The notes below the pieces were generated by a model that was not told the DNA's origin, made no database searches, and worked only from the letters and a program-made list of their open reading frames with translations. From Anolis carolinensis (lineage: Eukaryota): 64,000 nt of DNA. Positions 1-11,886 of this stretch are shown one piece after another (position 1 is the first letter of the stretch; every line of letters starts with the position of its first letter). The position numbers were made by a program, and so were the translations under genes. Where the stretch lies: positions 17,168,024 through 17,232,023 of the forward strand of contig NC_085845.1 of the NCBI RefSeq assembly GCF_035594765.1, in the 5' to 3' direction.

Positions 1-2918
1 AGAATCCTTCTTGCCAGTATGGCCACATTCTAGAGTATGCCCTTCAAAATGAAAATGATCCTTTGGAAGCTTTGGAAATGGATGCATAATACTCCAGGCC
101 ATATGGCTGTTTTGGCCCATGAGACATTGAAGTCACGTTAACGGAAAAAATACAATAACAAAGTAAATAACCATTATTTCCGCCACCACATGATAATCCA
201 AATCTGATGTCCAAGGCAATCACTTCACTCCATCTAATGTTAGGCTGGCCTTGGAGGAGTTCTAATTTGGTGACCAGCTATGTTGCATCCTCAAATAGAC
301 AAATGCTCAGTTTGTTCAATGTCATTATCAGCTATGGCCTAGAATATTACATAGATTTAGGAAACATATGCTGAGTGTGTCACTGGAAATTCTTGCTAAA
401 GGTACCTATGAGTTCACAGATTTCAAACTAGGACAAGGGGGAAAAGTATTCTGCCTCTTGAATAACAATCTCTGTTCTTCTCTGGAAGAGAGGAATACCA
501 GACTTCTGTGCCATTTAAATCCCACCACCCACACTGCTTGGTTGTTGCTTTGTTTGTGTGCAAAGTAGCTATTGCAGTTTTGGCCCAAAGATGCACAGGC
601 AATGGACACACACAAGACTGAAGAGGCTTTCTCCTCCCTCATTGAAAAGGCTTGAAGTTCCAGGCTGGAAATATTTTGGCAAAACTAAATGGACAAATGG
701 AGGCTGGCCGATAGTGGAATCCATGGCTAAATGTTAATTGATGCAGCTGAAGGCGAACAGAGATGTTGTTCAGAAGCATTTGATTATTATTTCCCTGGAG
801 AATAATTCAGGGGAAGATCTAAACAGTATCCAGTTTTCTTTATTCTGCTTTTCCCACACTCATCCATGTTGATGAATGATTAGAGAACTTCCCATGTGGG
901 AACTACATTATAGGTTAGGATACTTTGAACTACTAAAGGAAGCAATAGTCCTTTTTTAATGGGTTGAATGTTGATACATAATAGCTGGGATTGCTTAGCA
1001 CAGATTCTTCATCTGGGATTATATATTATTTGTGCAAGATTATAGCATGACTATTATGCTGACTATTTACAGCAAGATGGGCAGCAGCACAAGGACATTT
1101 TTCCTACCCTGATCCATCTGGCATTTTAACATGCCTGAAATGATGCAACATGAGTTCTGGATGTTATTTTGTCCAGGTTTTGGCTGATCTTTTTTCTTTT
1201 GGTGAAATTTGGGGGCCAATGGAACCAAACTTGAGTGGTCTGGGGGTACAAAATTACAAAACAAAATAAGCCCAATACGTCCTCTCCCAGCATTTTCTTG
1301 GTTCTCCAGTGTTACTGTATGATATTCTTCAGCCAAATGTCTTTCATTTCAATAAGATTTGCTATTTTCTATCATTTTGCATATTCAAGTGAAGTCTGGA
1401 AATGCCTCTCCTGATACCATGCTAAAATACAAAAAGATATAACTTTAGCTCTGGATGAATTTTCTTCCAACTTCCTTGCTTTTGTGTGTGTGTCAGAGTT
1501 GGGAACATCAAGAAGATGGTGGGAGAAAAAAAATGGCATTTCCTGGCACTTTCGAACACTGGGAGAGGAGGACTCTGCATCAAAAAATAATTGAGGGTAT
1601 AGGGCCTTTGGGACTACAAAATTGAGATTGGATGTCAAAATCATCCCACCTCTCCAATATGTGAATTTTTCAGTTAAAAATGTATTTTGTCCTGAGTGTC
1701 AAATCTCAGGATCCTAAATCTGATGATCAAAATGGATAAATTTAATGAGACTCTCAGAACTCCTGAAGACGTTTTCCATCCTTGGTTAGCAACATCATGA
1801 CTGTTTGAGGTGAGTCTCAAATCTATCTGTCAGCATACCGAAAGCAGTCATCTCCATTCTTTCTTTAATAAAGGGGAACAAACACTTGGGAGTTTTCTTT
1901 GTTCAGCTTGCATCTCACAGAGGCGCCAGCCTTTTCTTTTTCCATCCAGAATTGAAGTTATAGCTTCAGCCGCTGCAGCATTTCTAATGCACACTTTATC
2001 ATGTTCTGTGTTGTCGGACTAGTGCATCAATCAGTATCAACCCATTTCTGTTTCAGGCAGAACCTCTCAGGTATACAGAGTAGAAATGAGTCTTGGCATT
2101 TGTTTTGTGCAGCTATAGCAGCCAAGGAATATTACACATATAAAATATTCACACACCTAGCTTTAATGCTTGGATTTAACATAGCACAGAAGTAGCATGG
2201 CTTGTTATAAACTTCAGAATAATGGAGTTGTGGCAGTATTTTGCAAGCAGGAAACACTGGTATAAAAACAATATACATCACATAACTTCACAAAGCAATA
2301 GTGTGTTTTCTCTATACGGCCATACTGTGTAACAAATGGCCCAGTCTTCCTAAATCTGTTAACCTTATATATTTTATTTATCTATTTGGCATTGTATACC
2401 CTGCTATTCAGCAACAAAGCCTCTCAGGGTGGTTTGAAAATTGTTAAAAGTTTACAATCTAAATAAGATACAACATAGAAGGAAAAAGGAATGACAGTAT
2501 GGAAGGGGAATAAGTCTAGCAGATATAGCCTTTTTTTTTTTCTCTTTCTCCATGGCAGTTGGGATGCATGGAGAGCCTTTCATCCACGTCTGGGTCCAGA
2601 CATTTGTCAGCTGTGTCTGCTGCTTCTTCTCTTCCTTTGTGGCCCAGGCAGTGGCAGTTACGATGGAAGGAGGGCATTTGATCAGCTTTTATACTTGGAT
2701 AGTGGTGCTATACCTGCTTCTTTCTCTCTCCCTGTCAGTGTCTGACTAAAACAGTTAAGATGCATAAATATGGACCACATGCCACCATCTGACTGAGAAA
2801 TATTATCTCTTATAGATTGCAAACTTGTACATCTTTGTCTGGAAATAAATCTCTTTGAACAAAATGGTCCTTAGTTCTGGATAAAGATGCATAGGATGAC
2901 CTTATCATGAAGGTAGAA

Positions 2919-3022
2919 CAGGCATGGGCAAACTTCAGCCCTCCTGGTGTTTTGATAGGCTGTTAGGAATTGTGGGAGCTGAAGTCCAAAACACTTGGAG
3001 GGCTGAAATTTGCCCATGCCTG
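2919..3022. mobile_element. Short palindromic hAT (Charlie-like) MITE, internally deleted
   Basis: TIRs CAGGCATGGGCAAA / TTTGCCCATGCCTG; perfect 8-bp TSD AGGTAGAA (2911-2918, 3023-3030). Confidence 0.9.
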
Positions 3023-3468
3023 AGGTAGAATATCTGCCTTTCCCCCCCATGCCCCCCATGCTCTGATTTGGCAGGGACAGACCTGACTAATTCTTTTTCA
3101 TTCCACTTTTTCAGCTATATCTTAACTGTCCCAGTTTCTTTATCCTCCTTCCACTTTTCCTTACTTCCGTTGAACTGAATTCAAAGCACAAGAGTAAATT
3201 AAGTCAGAAGGAAGGGGAAGGGATAGTGTTGTTCCCTGTAGGATCAGACAAAAGCAAACTGTTGCAGCACCTTCTGGCTGTGTGTTCTTTCTCATTAATA
3301 ACTTTTGCCATTCTGATCACATTCAGAGGTTGCTGGAAAAGTGGGATGGCAGAGCTTTAATTAGGACTGACTTTAATTAAAGACAAGTGGGTTTCAGAAC
3401 ACACTGAAGATGATATGAAATTGCAGAGTTGTTTGCTCTTGAATTTCTGATGTATTAGTAGAAAATTC

Positions 3469-3493
3469 TTTACTTACTTACTTACTTACTTAC
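3469..3493. repeat. (TTAC)n microsatellite
   Basis: About 6 tandem TTAC units directly before a SINE head. Confidence 0.85.
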
Positions 3494-3494
3494 C

Positions 3495-3765
3495 ATTGCC
3501 ACGGTGATGCAATAGGTTAAACCTTTGTGCCAGCAGGACTGCTGACTTGAAGGTTGGGTTGCTGACCTGAAGATAAACCGGGGAGAGCATGGATGAGCTC
3601 CCTCTGTCAGCTCCAGCTCCCATGAGAGAACATGAGAGAAGCCTCCCACAAGGATGTTAAAACATCAAAAACATCTGGGCGTGCCCTGGGCAATATCCTT
3701 TCAGACAGCCAATTCTCTCACACCAGAAGCGACTTGCAGTTTCTCAAGTCTCTCCTGACATGAAT
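3495..3765 (+). mobile_element. tRNA-derived SINE (lizard SINE2 family ending in ...CTCCTGACAYGAAA)
   Basis: tRNA-like head and body homologous to the inverted copy at 11291-11886. Confidence 0.8.
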
Positions 3766-4787
3766 TTTTTTTAAAGGCTTTATTTTATTTTATTTATATC
3801 CCACTTTTCTCTCAATTTGGAACCAAAGTGGCTTGCACCCTAGTTGCAACTTCTATAATGAAATAAATAAATGAACAAAGTTTAAAATATTTTTGAACAA
3901 ATCAATGCTTTGAAATCCCAATAAGACCATATTGGATAAATTGCATTGAGAAGTTATGAAGCATCCCTATATCTCTTTATGGAGGACTAAGCCCTGATTC
4001 TTGTGATGGTGCTTGCTTCTGAGTAGACCAGTTTAGGGTTACAAGCACTTGTTATATCAGCATATTTTCTTATTTGGGACCAGCAGAGTTCCTACATGAA
4101 AAGAGGAAATATATCCAGAATAATACAAATGTATATTTAACAATGCAAATTTCCATCCAACAGAATGACCATATTAATCTCTGCCAACATATTTCTCTTT
4201 TGCTCCATCCGATGTGGAATTCTAGTGCTACGCAACAGCTAACTCCCACTTGCATTTTCAGAATAATTTGCATGTATTGGCAACAAAGAATCAAGAAAGG
4301 ACAGAGGGCCTTAGAGTTGACACACAGATGCAAGACTGTCCTTTAATACAATGAAGGAAATCATATCCTTAATTGTATGTATAACAAGAAAATCAATGTT
4401 TCAGTGTTCCATTATTCCCATACATTGCACTGTAAGAATCTGTATTGTTTTGATAAATGCCAAAAACTGGGACAATGATGATAAGAGGGAGAGAGAAGGG
4501 TAGACTGGGTGAGATGGGAGAGTGAAGGGCAGCTGAAGGAGTATGATAGCCATGGATGAAGGCCAACAAGCAACCTGGTGGTTCTTCAAGCTGAATAAGA
4601 AGATGGTGGGTCCCTTGGTGGTAACAATACAGCGAAGAGCCAGATGCCAGGGGAATGGTTTTCCTAATGTACAGCTCTGCTCTCTCCACTACACTTGCCA
4701 AGCTATTTGTCCTGGAAATTCAGGAAATTCTTTGGAAATTCAAATCCAACAAATCAGTTTCAATGGGATGAGAATATGACTGGGAAT

Positions 4788-4997
4788 GCAATTACACTGT
4801 AAAATGAATGCAACTCGACAGCACTTTAATCCCATGATTCAATGTCATGTAATTCTGGGATTACAATGTCTTTATCCTTATTTGCCAAAGGGTGGTAATG
4901 CCTTGCCCAATTACCGATCCCCAGATCCCATATCCTTGAGCCATGGTGCTTTAAAGTCATATCAAACTGCATTCATTCTACAGTGTAGTAGATGTAG
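4788..4997. mobile_element. Palindromic MITE (ACACTGTAAAATGAATGCA...TGCATTCATTCTACAGTGTAG family)
   Basis: Imperfect long inverted repeat; homologous copies at 45998-46190 and 52363-52555. Confidence 0.7.
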
Positions 4998-5625
4998 CCT
5001 AAGTTTGTCTGGATCCAGTCCTATTGGCATCATTATCCTATATTCTGTAGTGAGCTCCATTGTATATTTTGTTAGATAAGAGTGCAAAGGTTGGCAATCT
5101 TTTTGTTTAGTCCTGTGAGTGGCTCCATCCCAGAGACTTCCTTGCTGAATGGATAAAGAGGAAGATGATATGTCAAGCGAGGAACATGTTTCTACAACTG
5201 GGACTGGGGAAATCTGCATGATGAGCTTGTACTTTACCACTGAGCTATGGCTACCCTCCCTCTCTCAATTCCTTTGCTTTTTGTATAGCACCAACTGTAC
5301 TAAATAAACTTTGTGCTGCAGTTGCATTTCTAGTGAGACCTTGCTCCATGGAATTACTTTTCTGCTGAAAAAACAAAACAACCCAATGCTTGCTTATTTT
5401 ATTTTGGCATTTGGTACAATCCCTGGGTTCCATAATTTAGAAATAAAATGTTATCTGTAGCTTGCTGTTAAATCATCAATTGCTATAAAAGCAACCCTTT
5501 CTAAGTATTCTGAGATTCACCAAAATATTTTTTATTATGGTAGATGAATTGAGTTCTTCCCACCATGCACACACACACACATTTAAAAATATTGACACCA
5601 TCCAATGTTTAAGAATTCCCTAGAG

Positions 5626-5702
5626 CAGGCATGGGCAAACTGTTAGTAACTGTGGAAGTTGAAATCCAAAATACCTGGAGGGCCAAAGTTTGCCCATGCC
5701 TG
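5626..5702. mobile_element. Short hAT MITE (same family as 2919-3022)
   Basis: TIRs CAGGCATGGGCAAAC / GTTTGCCCATGCCTG; TSD CCCTAGAG (5618-5625, 5703-5710). Confidence 0.9.
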
Positions 5703-5994
5703 CCCTAGAGCAATTGTCAGGTGAGGTTCAGTGATTGTTTTTTCTCCCCCCCCCCCCCACCCCCACCCACTTAATATCTCTCCAGCTCTTCTGCTTACAG
5801 GTTTATATGCCAAATTGTGCTTTTCCCATTAGAGCTGCATCTTTTCATTTCCGTTCTTTAGCAACATATTTCCTCCAAGCTGTTACATCTATCTTTGAAA
5901 TTTCAATTTCATTGGAAAGAGTATACTCCTGAGAAACTCATTTCGCAGGGTAAAAAAGAAAGAAGCCAACCAGGTTGCTTTTTCTTTGTATGCT

Positions 5995-6150
5995 TGTGTG
6001 TATAGTGGTTTGAACGTTGGACTACAATTCTGGAGGACAAGATTTGAAAACCCACTGGATGACCTTAAGCAAGTCACACATTCTTAGCCTCAAAAAACCT
6101 TGTTACAATCTTACCTGCAAGTCAGAAATACTTGAAGGCATACAACAACT
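5995..6150 (+). mobile_element. Degraded tRNA-derived SINE with GAAGGCA(C/T)ACAACAAC tail
   Basis: TATAGTGGTTTGAA..TTGGACT head, GCAAGTCAC core and CAA-repeat tail; related to 27510-27675 and 28470-28650. Confidence 0.55.
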
Positions 6151-8649
6151 TCTTAAAGTTAGCCCTCAATAGTGGCTGATATCTGCACTGCAATTAGAAA
6201 AGTAGGCTCAGACGTTACCTGGTTACAATCTCGTGGGAATTATGTAGGTTGGTGTATTTGATGAGGCATTTCAACAAGGCATTTCTGATCTGCCATAAGG
6301 TCCTTAGATGCCAATTAGAGTTTGGAGATGGTGCCTTCAGTGTTTTTTATGAAGGCTAGTCCACCACTTCGCAAGTTTAGATGGTCCTTTGAAAGGTATC
6401 ATTAAATGGAAGGAAATGATTTATTAATTTGTTTACATTTTATAACCAGGTGCAACACTGCTATATGTCCTTTAGCACATAACATCTTGAGCCATCCCTA
6501 CTTCTAAGAAAAATTGGCTAGAGATGGACTACCATATATTAAATATACTGCCCATGTATGATAACATTTGGATCTTATATGCCAAGAATAGGCAACTTTA
6601 CAGGATGTAATTTCTTATAATCTCTCACTCTTTGCTACTGAGAACCACATTTGTCCACTCCTACTATACATCTTTATTTGCTGTAGGTTTTCTCAGAATC
6701 AAAGGATCTACTACAGAGTAAGCACAGCCTAGGGAACATAGGGGATATTTAAATTCTGTTTAAGCATCTTTTTGGTTTTTAATGCTAGACACATTGGGCT
6801 TGTTTATGACCAAACATGGTCATTTGTTTGTGTTCTTTATTTATTTAAGAGAAACTTTAAAAATTAATTTTGCCTAGATTGCATACCCAGTCTGTTTAGG
6901 AATGTGATATGCCAGGTTAAGAATCAGAGCAGAAGGTTATGTGGCTGAGAAAAACATATGGTTGGAAAATATAGGTTAATTGCAGGATATGCAAAACACT
7001 GCAATCTGTCCTGTTGGAATATGGATAAAATGTGTTGGATTATTTTGGAGAGGTTTTCCAGGCACAAAGTCTTTTCATTTTGCTGAGCTCAGAATGTGAG
7101 AAACAGAAAGATTGCCCATTCTTGGCACAAAGAGTTTAATGAGTAATTACCATGTCAGATGTGATGGTCTGTTAGTTTTTAAGCTAAAATACTCCTTAGA
7201 GTGTTTCGGCATGACAAGCAAGGCTGGATGATTTTTCTCTTGGCTCATGCTGAAAGTCTTATTTCTTGAAATAAATATGGTCCTGCTGTTGGAATATCAT
7301 GTGCCTTTAATGCAGATGTATGAAACTTGATGTCTTCTAGATATGTTGGACCACAGCTTTATATTTGCCATTTTGGTGTTTTTTAAATGTTGGAATTGCA
7401 TTAAAAATAAAAAAATAAGGAACAGTAGTAGGACCTGCTTGAGCAATATATTTGGCCCAGGTTGCAAGGGTAGATAGCACCAGCAGAATACAGCATACGG
7501 GCTTTTATGAAAATCATAACATTTTAGGATGGTACAAAATAATAGAAACATCACTGTGATGGTTAAACTCTGAGTCAGTGATGCACTGAGGATTCGTTAC
7601 CCAAAGCCAGATAATGGCACTGTTGTTTTGCCTGTTGCAGAGACATTAGCTGTCTGAACGCAAGCATGTCAGCATTGGTAGCCACCATGATGTCATTGAT
7701 TCAAAAGCAGAACAACCAAGCATCCGACAGAAACAGTTGTCTGAAAAGTCTGTTATCCCAGCAATGCTCCCTGGGGATTGACGGTTTCATTATACGATGT
7801 ATAGTATGCTTCCTGCTCCACCCCTTCAAGGAGATATGGGGTATCAGAGCACATTCGACACATCATAGATGCTTATCTTCACGTGTCACTGAGCTTCAAA
7901 GGAAAACAAAGGCAGGGGCTTTCACTCCTTCCCAGGGCGTCATGTGCAGAGAACCTAGTCGGTTTAATTGCTTCTGCCACAAAGATGAATGCCTCCCACC
8001 CAGCTCCCTGACAGTCAGCAGTGCCTCTTCATTAGGCATCAGGAGCACAAAACCTCAAGGGCACTGGTGATAACTTCGGTTGAGCTAATTTTGCCAGTGA
8101 TGTCTCATATAGTGAGCAGACAGGTTATTTATTGCATGCCAATGGAACGTTTAGTCGTATTAGAGCCTCAAGAAAAGTTAAACTTTTGTTGCCTTAATTG
8201 TGCCACCAGGTTTTTGTCTCATGTGGGATCACTTGTTTCACAGTTGTTCTCTTCCCCCAAATATTGAAATATAAAGAAGTATTCTCTACTTATTGCAGCT
8301 TATTTCTACAAATGTGTCAGGATCCAAAGCAGCATTTGAAACCATGTAGTGAAATTCCAAAATATAGTGGGGAATTCCCACTTCCACTTCAAAAAGTCTA
8401 TCAACATTTATTGTTCTTGTTTTCATATTTCTCAAAAGCTCACAAGGATTTTATGAGGTGTTCCTGGATCTCAGGGTATGGACCTTTCTCCCTAAATCTT
8501 ATAGTGAGAGGGAGGAATCTCAGGGTAGAAATGCTGCATTGAAAAGTGGGTGTATTTTACAACTGTATTTCTATTAGCCTTTGTTAAGAGCAGGGGTGGT
8601 TCAACCGCGAGGCAATTTAGGCACTTGCCTGTGGTGCCATCCTCTAGGG

Positions 8650-9030
8650 CAGGGGTCCCCAAACTAAGGCCCGGGGGCTGGATGTGGCCCTCCAAGGTCA
8701 TTTACCTGGCCCCCGTTCTCAGTTTTAACTTAGGCTTGCCCAAAGTCTGAAATGACTTGAAGGCACACAACAACAACAATCCTAATTAACCTGACTATCT
8801 CATTGGCTAGAAGCAGGCCCACACTTCCCATTGAAATTCTGATAGGTTTATGTTGGTTAATTTTTAAAAAATACATTGTATTGTTCTTTTGTTGTTGTTT
8901 TTGCACTACAAATAAGACATGCAGTGTGCATAGGAATTTGTTTGTATTTTTTTTCCAAATGATAATTCGGCCCCTCAACAGTCTGAGGACCATGAACTGG
9001 CCCTCCACTTAAAAGGTTTGAGGACCCCTG
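8650..9030. mobile_element. hAT (Charlie-like) MITE nested in the composite element
   Basis: TIRs CAGGGGTCCCCAAAC / GTTTGAGGACCCCTG; TSD CTCTAGGG (8642-8649, 9031-9038). Confidence 0.92.
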
Positions 9031-9157
9031 CTCTAGGGGTTGCAGTTGAGGCACTCCTGCATGCGCACCTCTGCCTCCTTCTCTCACGGTTGCTCTGGCC
9101 TGGGCCCGCCATTGGGCCTGGGCCCGCCTTCGGGGCCAGGCCCGCCTTAACCCACCC

Positions 9158-9392
9158 CTATGGTAGGCATCCTCAGAGGTTGTGAGGTCTGTTGGAATGT
9201 TGCAATTGGCCAGCTTGATTAGCATTTAATGGCCTTGCAGATTCAAAGCCTGGCTGCTTCCTCCCTGGGGGCATCCTTGGTTGGGAGGTGTTAGCTGGCC
9301 CTGATTGTTTCCTGTCTGGATTTTCCCTGTTTTCAGAGTGTTGTTCTTTATTTACTGTCCTGATTTTAGAGGGTTTTTTTTTAAAATACCAG
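9158..9392 (-). mobile_element. Penelope-like element fragment inside the composite hAT
   Basis: GGCATCCTCAGAGGTTGTGAGGTCTGTTGGAA...; collinear with the Penelope copy at 48740-49030. Confidence 0.8.
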
Positions 9393-9586
9393 GGGCCAGA
9401 TTCCCTTTTGGTGGCCTTTTAATTGTCTGTCTTGATATTCTGGAAGGACCCTCAGGGCTCTTCCACACAGCTATATAACCCAGAATATCAAAGCAGAATA
9501 ACCCACAATATCTGCTTTGAACTGGATTATCTGTGTCCACACTGCCCTATATCCCAGTTCAATGTTTGGTGCTAAATTTGCAAATA

Positions 9587-9909
9587 CAGTAGAGTCTCAT
9601 TTATCCAACACTCGCTTATCCAACGTTCTGGATTATCCAACGCATTTTTGTAGTCAGTGTTTTCAATACATCGTGATATTTTGGCGCTAAATTCATAAAT
9701 ACAGTAATTACTACATAACATTACTGTGTATTGAACTACTTTTTCTGTCAAATTTGTTGTATAACATGATGTTTTGGTGCTTAATTTGTAAAATCATAAC
9801 CTAATTTGATGTTTAATAGGCTTTTCCTTAATCCCTCCTTATTATCCAACATATTCACTTATCCAACATTCTGCCGGCCCGTTTATGTTGGATAAGTGAG
9901 ACTCTACTG
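9587..9909. mobile_element. Tc1/mariner (pogo/Tigger-like) MITE
   Basis: TIRs CAGTAGAGTCTCA(C/T)TTATCCAACA; TA TSD; homologous to 16679-17001 and 42796-43138. Confidence 0.92.
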
Positions 9910-11290
9910 TATAGTTATTCCTACTAAGCATTACCATGTATTGAACTGCTTTTTCTGTTGACTTGTTGTAAAACATGGTGTTTTGGTGCTTAATTTGTAA
10001 AATCATAATGTAATTTGATGTTTAATAGGCATTTCCTTAATCCCTCCTTATTATCCAACATTTCCGCTTATCCAACGCTTTTATTTTTCAGTGATTGGTT
10101 TTGGGGGGGGGGGGGGCAAAAATCTGTTCACTTGAAAAATACCTAGGGCTGGCCCTGGTTAAGAGGCATCTCTATACACATAAAAACACAACTCTGGCAT
10201 TTTAGCCAAAAGTACAAATAGTCGAGGTCCATTTGCATGGCAGGTACTTTAACTGTAAAATGTTATAGTAGCATTTCAAATCCACATGTAATCTTACTGG
10301 TTCTGGAAAGAAGTAAAGAGCGAGTCTTTTCAGTTTTGTAATACCTTGTGTCATAAACTGATCATATATTTTATTATTGTGGCTAGAGATCTGCCCCAAA
10401 CAGAGGCATCTTCTCTCTGTTTACACCAACTTTCCACCCAATGGGAATAATGCAGACATATGTGGAGATAGGATATCACTTTTGACCAGATAAGTTTTAA
10501 CCAAACTTTTGTTTTCAACTAAACTGACAAGATTTGTTGTAATACTCAGCTTGATGAAGGTTATCCATCATACAAATGGAAATGAGATTTGGCTGACCTT
10601 TCCTTCAAGGCCACTATTAAACTAATCATATATGACTGTTATTCTGGCTATCTGCCATCAGTTTAATTGCACATTGTATGATCCAGCATGATTAAGGACT
10701 ATTGTACCAATGAAGTACACCTTTTCAGATTTCCTCTCTCTCGTTCAGCTAGATTCTCCCACATTTGCCTTAATTGATCTGATGTGATAGTTAGGTGGCT
10801 GAATGCCTGCATAAAATTTTCACCCCCTGAACTTGCTCTTCCATATTATAAACAGAAGCTATGTACTGGTTTCCAGTTTTCAACACATCCCTCACTATCG
10901 CTGGCAAGCTCTGCTCCTTTCAGAGCTATGTACAAATAGGTGCTTAAATATTTGTCTTATGTGTGGACAGAAGGATGGAGCATCATGCTACCAACTTTCT
11001 TGGTAGAAGGAGAGAATCTCTCACAGTTTCAAGAGTGTGGGGGAAGGAAGTTCTCCAACAGTTTTGTCATTACTAGTAATTAATTACAGTAATTTTCTTT
11101 GGTGTGTTTTGTGTGTTTCTAAATTGGTCACCAATTGGCCTACTTCACATTGCCCTAGACTTTGCGTTTTTCCAGGGCTTTTAGAGAAAATTCTGTAAAG
11201 TGGCTTTTTAGTAAGACAGAGGTGAAGAAATAAAAAAAGGAATCGCAAAAATATTTTCTCAGGAAAAAAACGGTTTTCTGAGCAATTTCA

Positions 11291-11886
11291 TTTCATGTCA
11301 GGAGTGACTTGAGAAACTGCAAGTTACTTCTGGCATGAGAGAATTGGCTGTCTGCAAGGATGTTTTGCATCAGGGGATGCCCGGATGTTTTGATGTTTTT
11401 ACCATCCTTGTGGGAGGCTTCTCTCATGTCAATTATTACAATAATATATAATAATTATAACATATTGTATATACATATAATATTCATAATATTATATTGT
11501 AATACGATATACTAATAATACAATATAATATTAATTATATATTATATTTTACATGTAATATTACTAATAATATTACAATATATTGATACAGTACAATATA
11601 GTAATTTATTACCAGTATTGTACTATGCTAATATAATATTGTATGTAAATTTAATTTGTAAGCCGCTCTGAGTCCCCTTCGGGGTGAGAAGGGCGGCATA
11701 TAAATGTAGCATATAGATGTAGCAAATAAATAAATGTCCCCACATGGAGCAGGAGCTGAGAGAGGGAGCTCATCATGCTCTCCCTGGGTTGGATTCGAAC
11801 CAGCATCCTTCAGGTCAGCAACCCAACCTTCAAGTCAGCAGTCCTGCCGGAACAAGGGTTTAACCCACTGCGCCACGGGGGGCTCC
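11291..11886 (-). mobile_element. tRNA-derived SINE (same family as 3495-3765), interrupted by an L2-type insert
   Basis: 15-bp TSD TTCTGAGCAATTTCA (11276-11290, 11887-11901); box B GGTTCGAATCC on the minus strand. Confidence 0.9.
11431..11733 (+). mobile_element. 3' end of an L2-clade element with AT-rich 3' UTR
   Basis: Ends in TGTAAGCCGCTCTGAGTCCCCTTCGGGGTGAGAAGGGCGG...(TAAA)n, a typical squamate L2 tail; host ATGTC duplicated on both sides. Confidence 0.8.

Larger units (their letters stand above)
8591..10157. mobile_element. Composite non-autonomous hAT element (CAGGG...CCCTG ends, Tip100/MER45-like) containing nested TEs
   Basis: Starts CAGGGGTGG and ends CTGGCCCTG; perfect 8-bp TSD GTTAAGAG (8583-8590, 10158-10165). 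Confidence 0.8.

Noticed and set aside
3060-3420. Possible hAT-Blackjack-like relic (also about 27250-27410 and 53530-53580)
   Set aside because: Shared motifs are suggestive, but I could not define TIRs or a TSD, so it is not called as a feature.
7666-8542. Chain of plus-strand ORFs (134, 92 and 114 aa)
   Set aside because: Cys/Ser/Leu-rich random-like composition, no domain, and no convincing splice structure.
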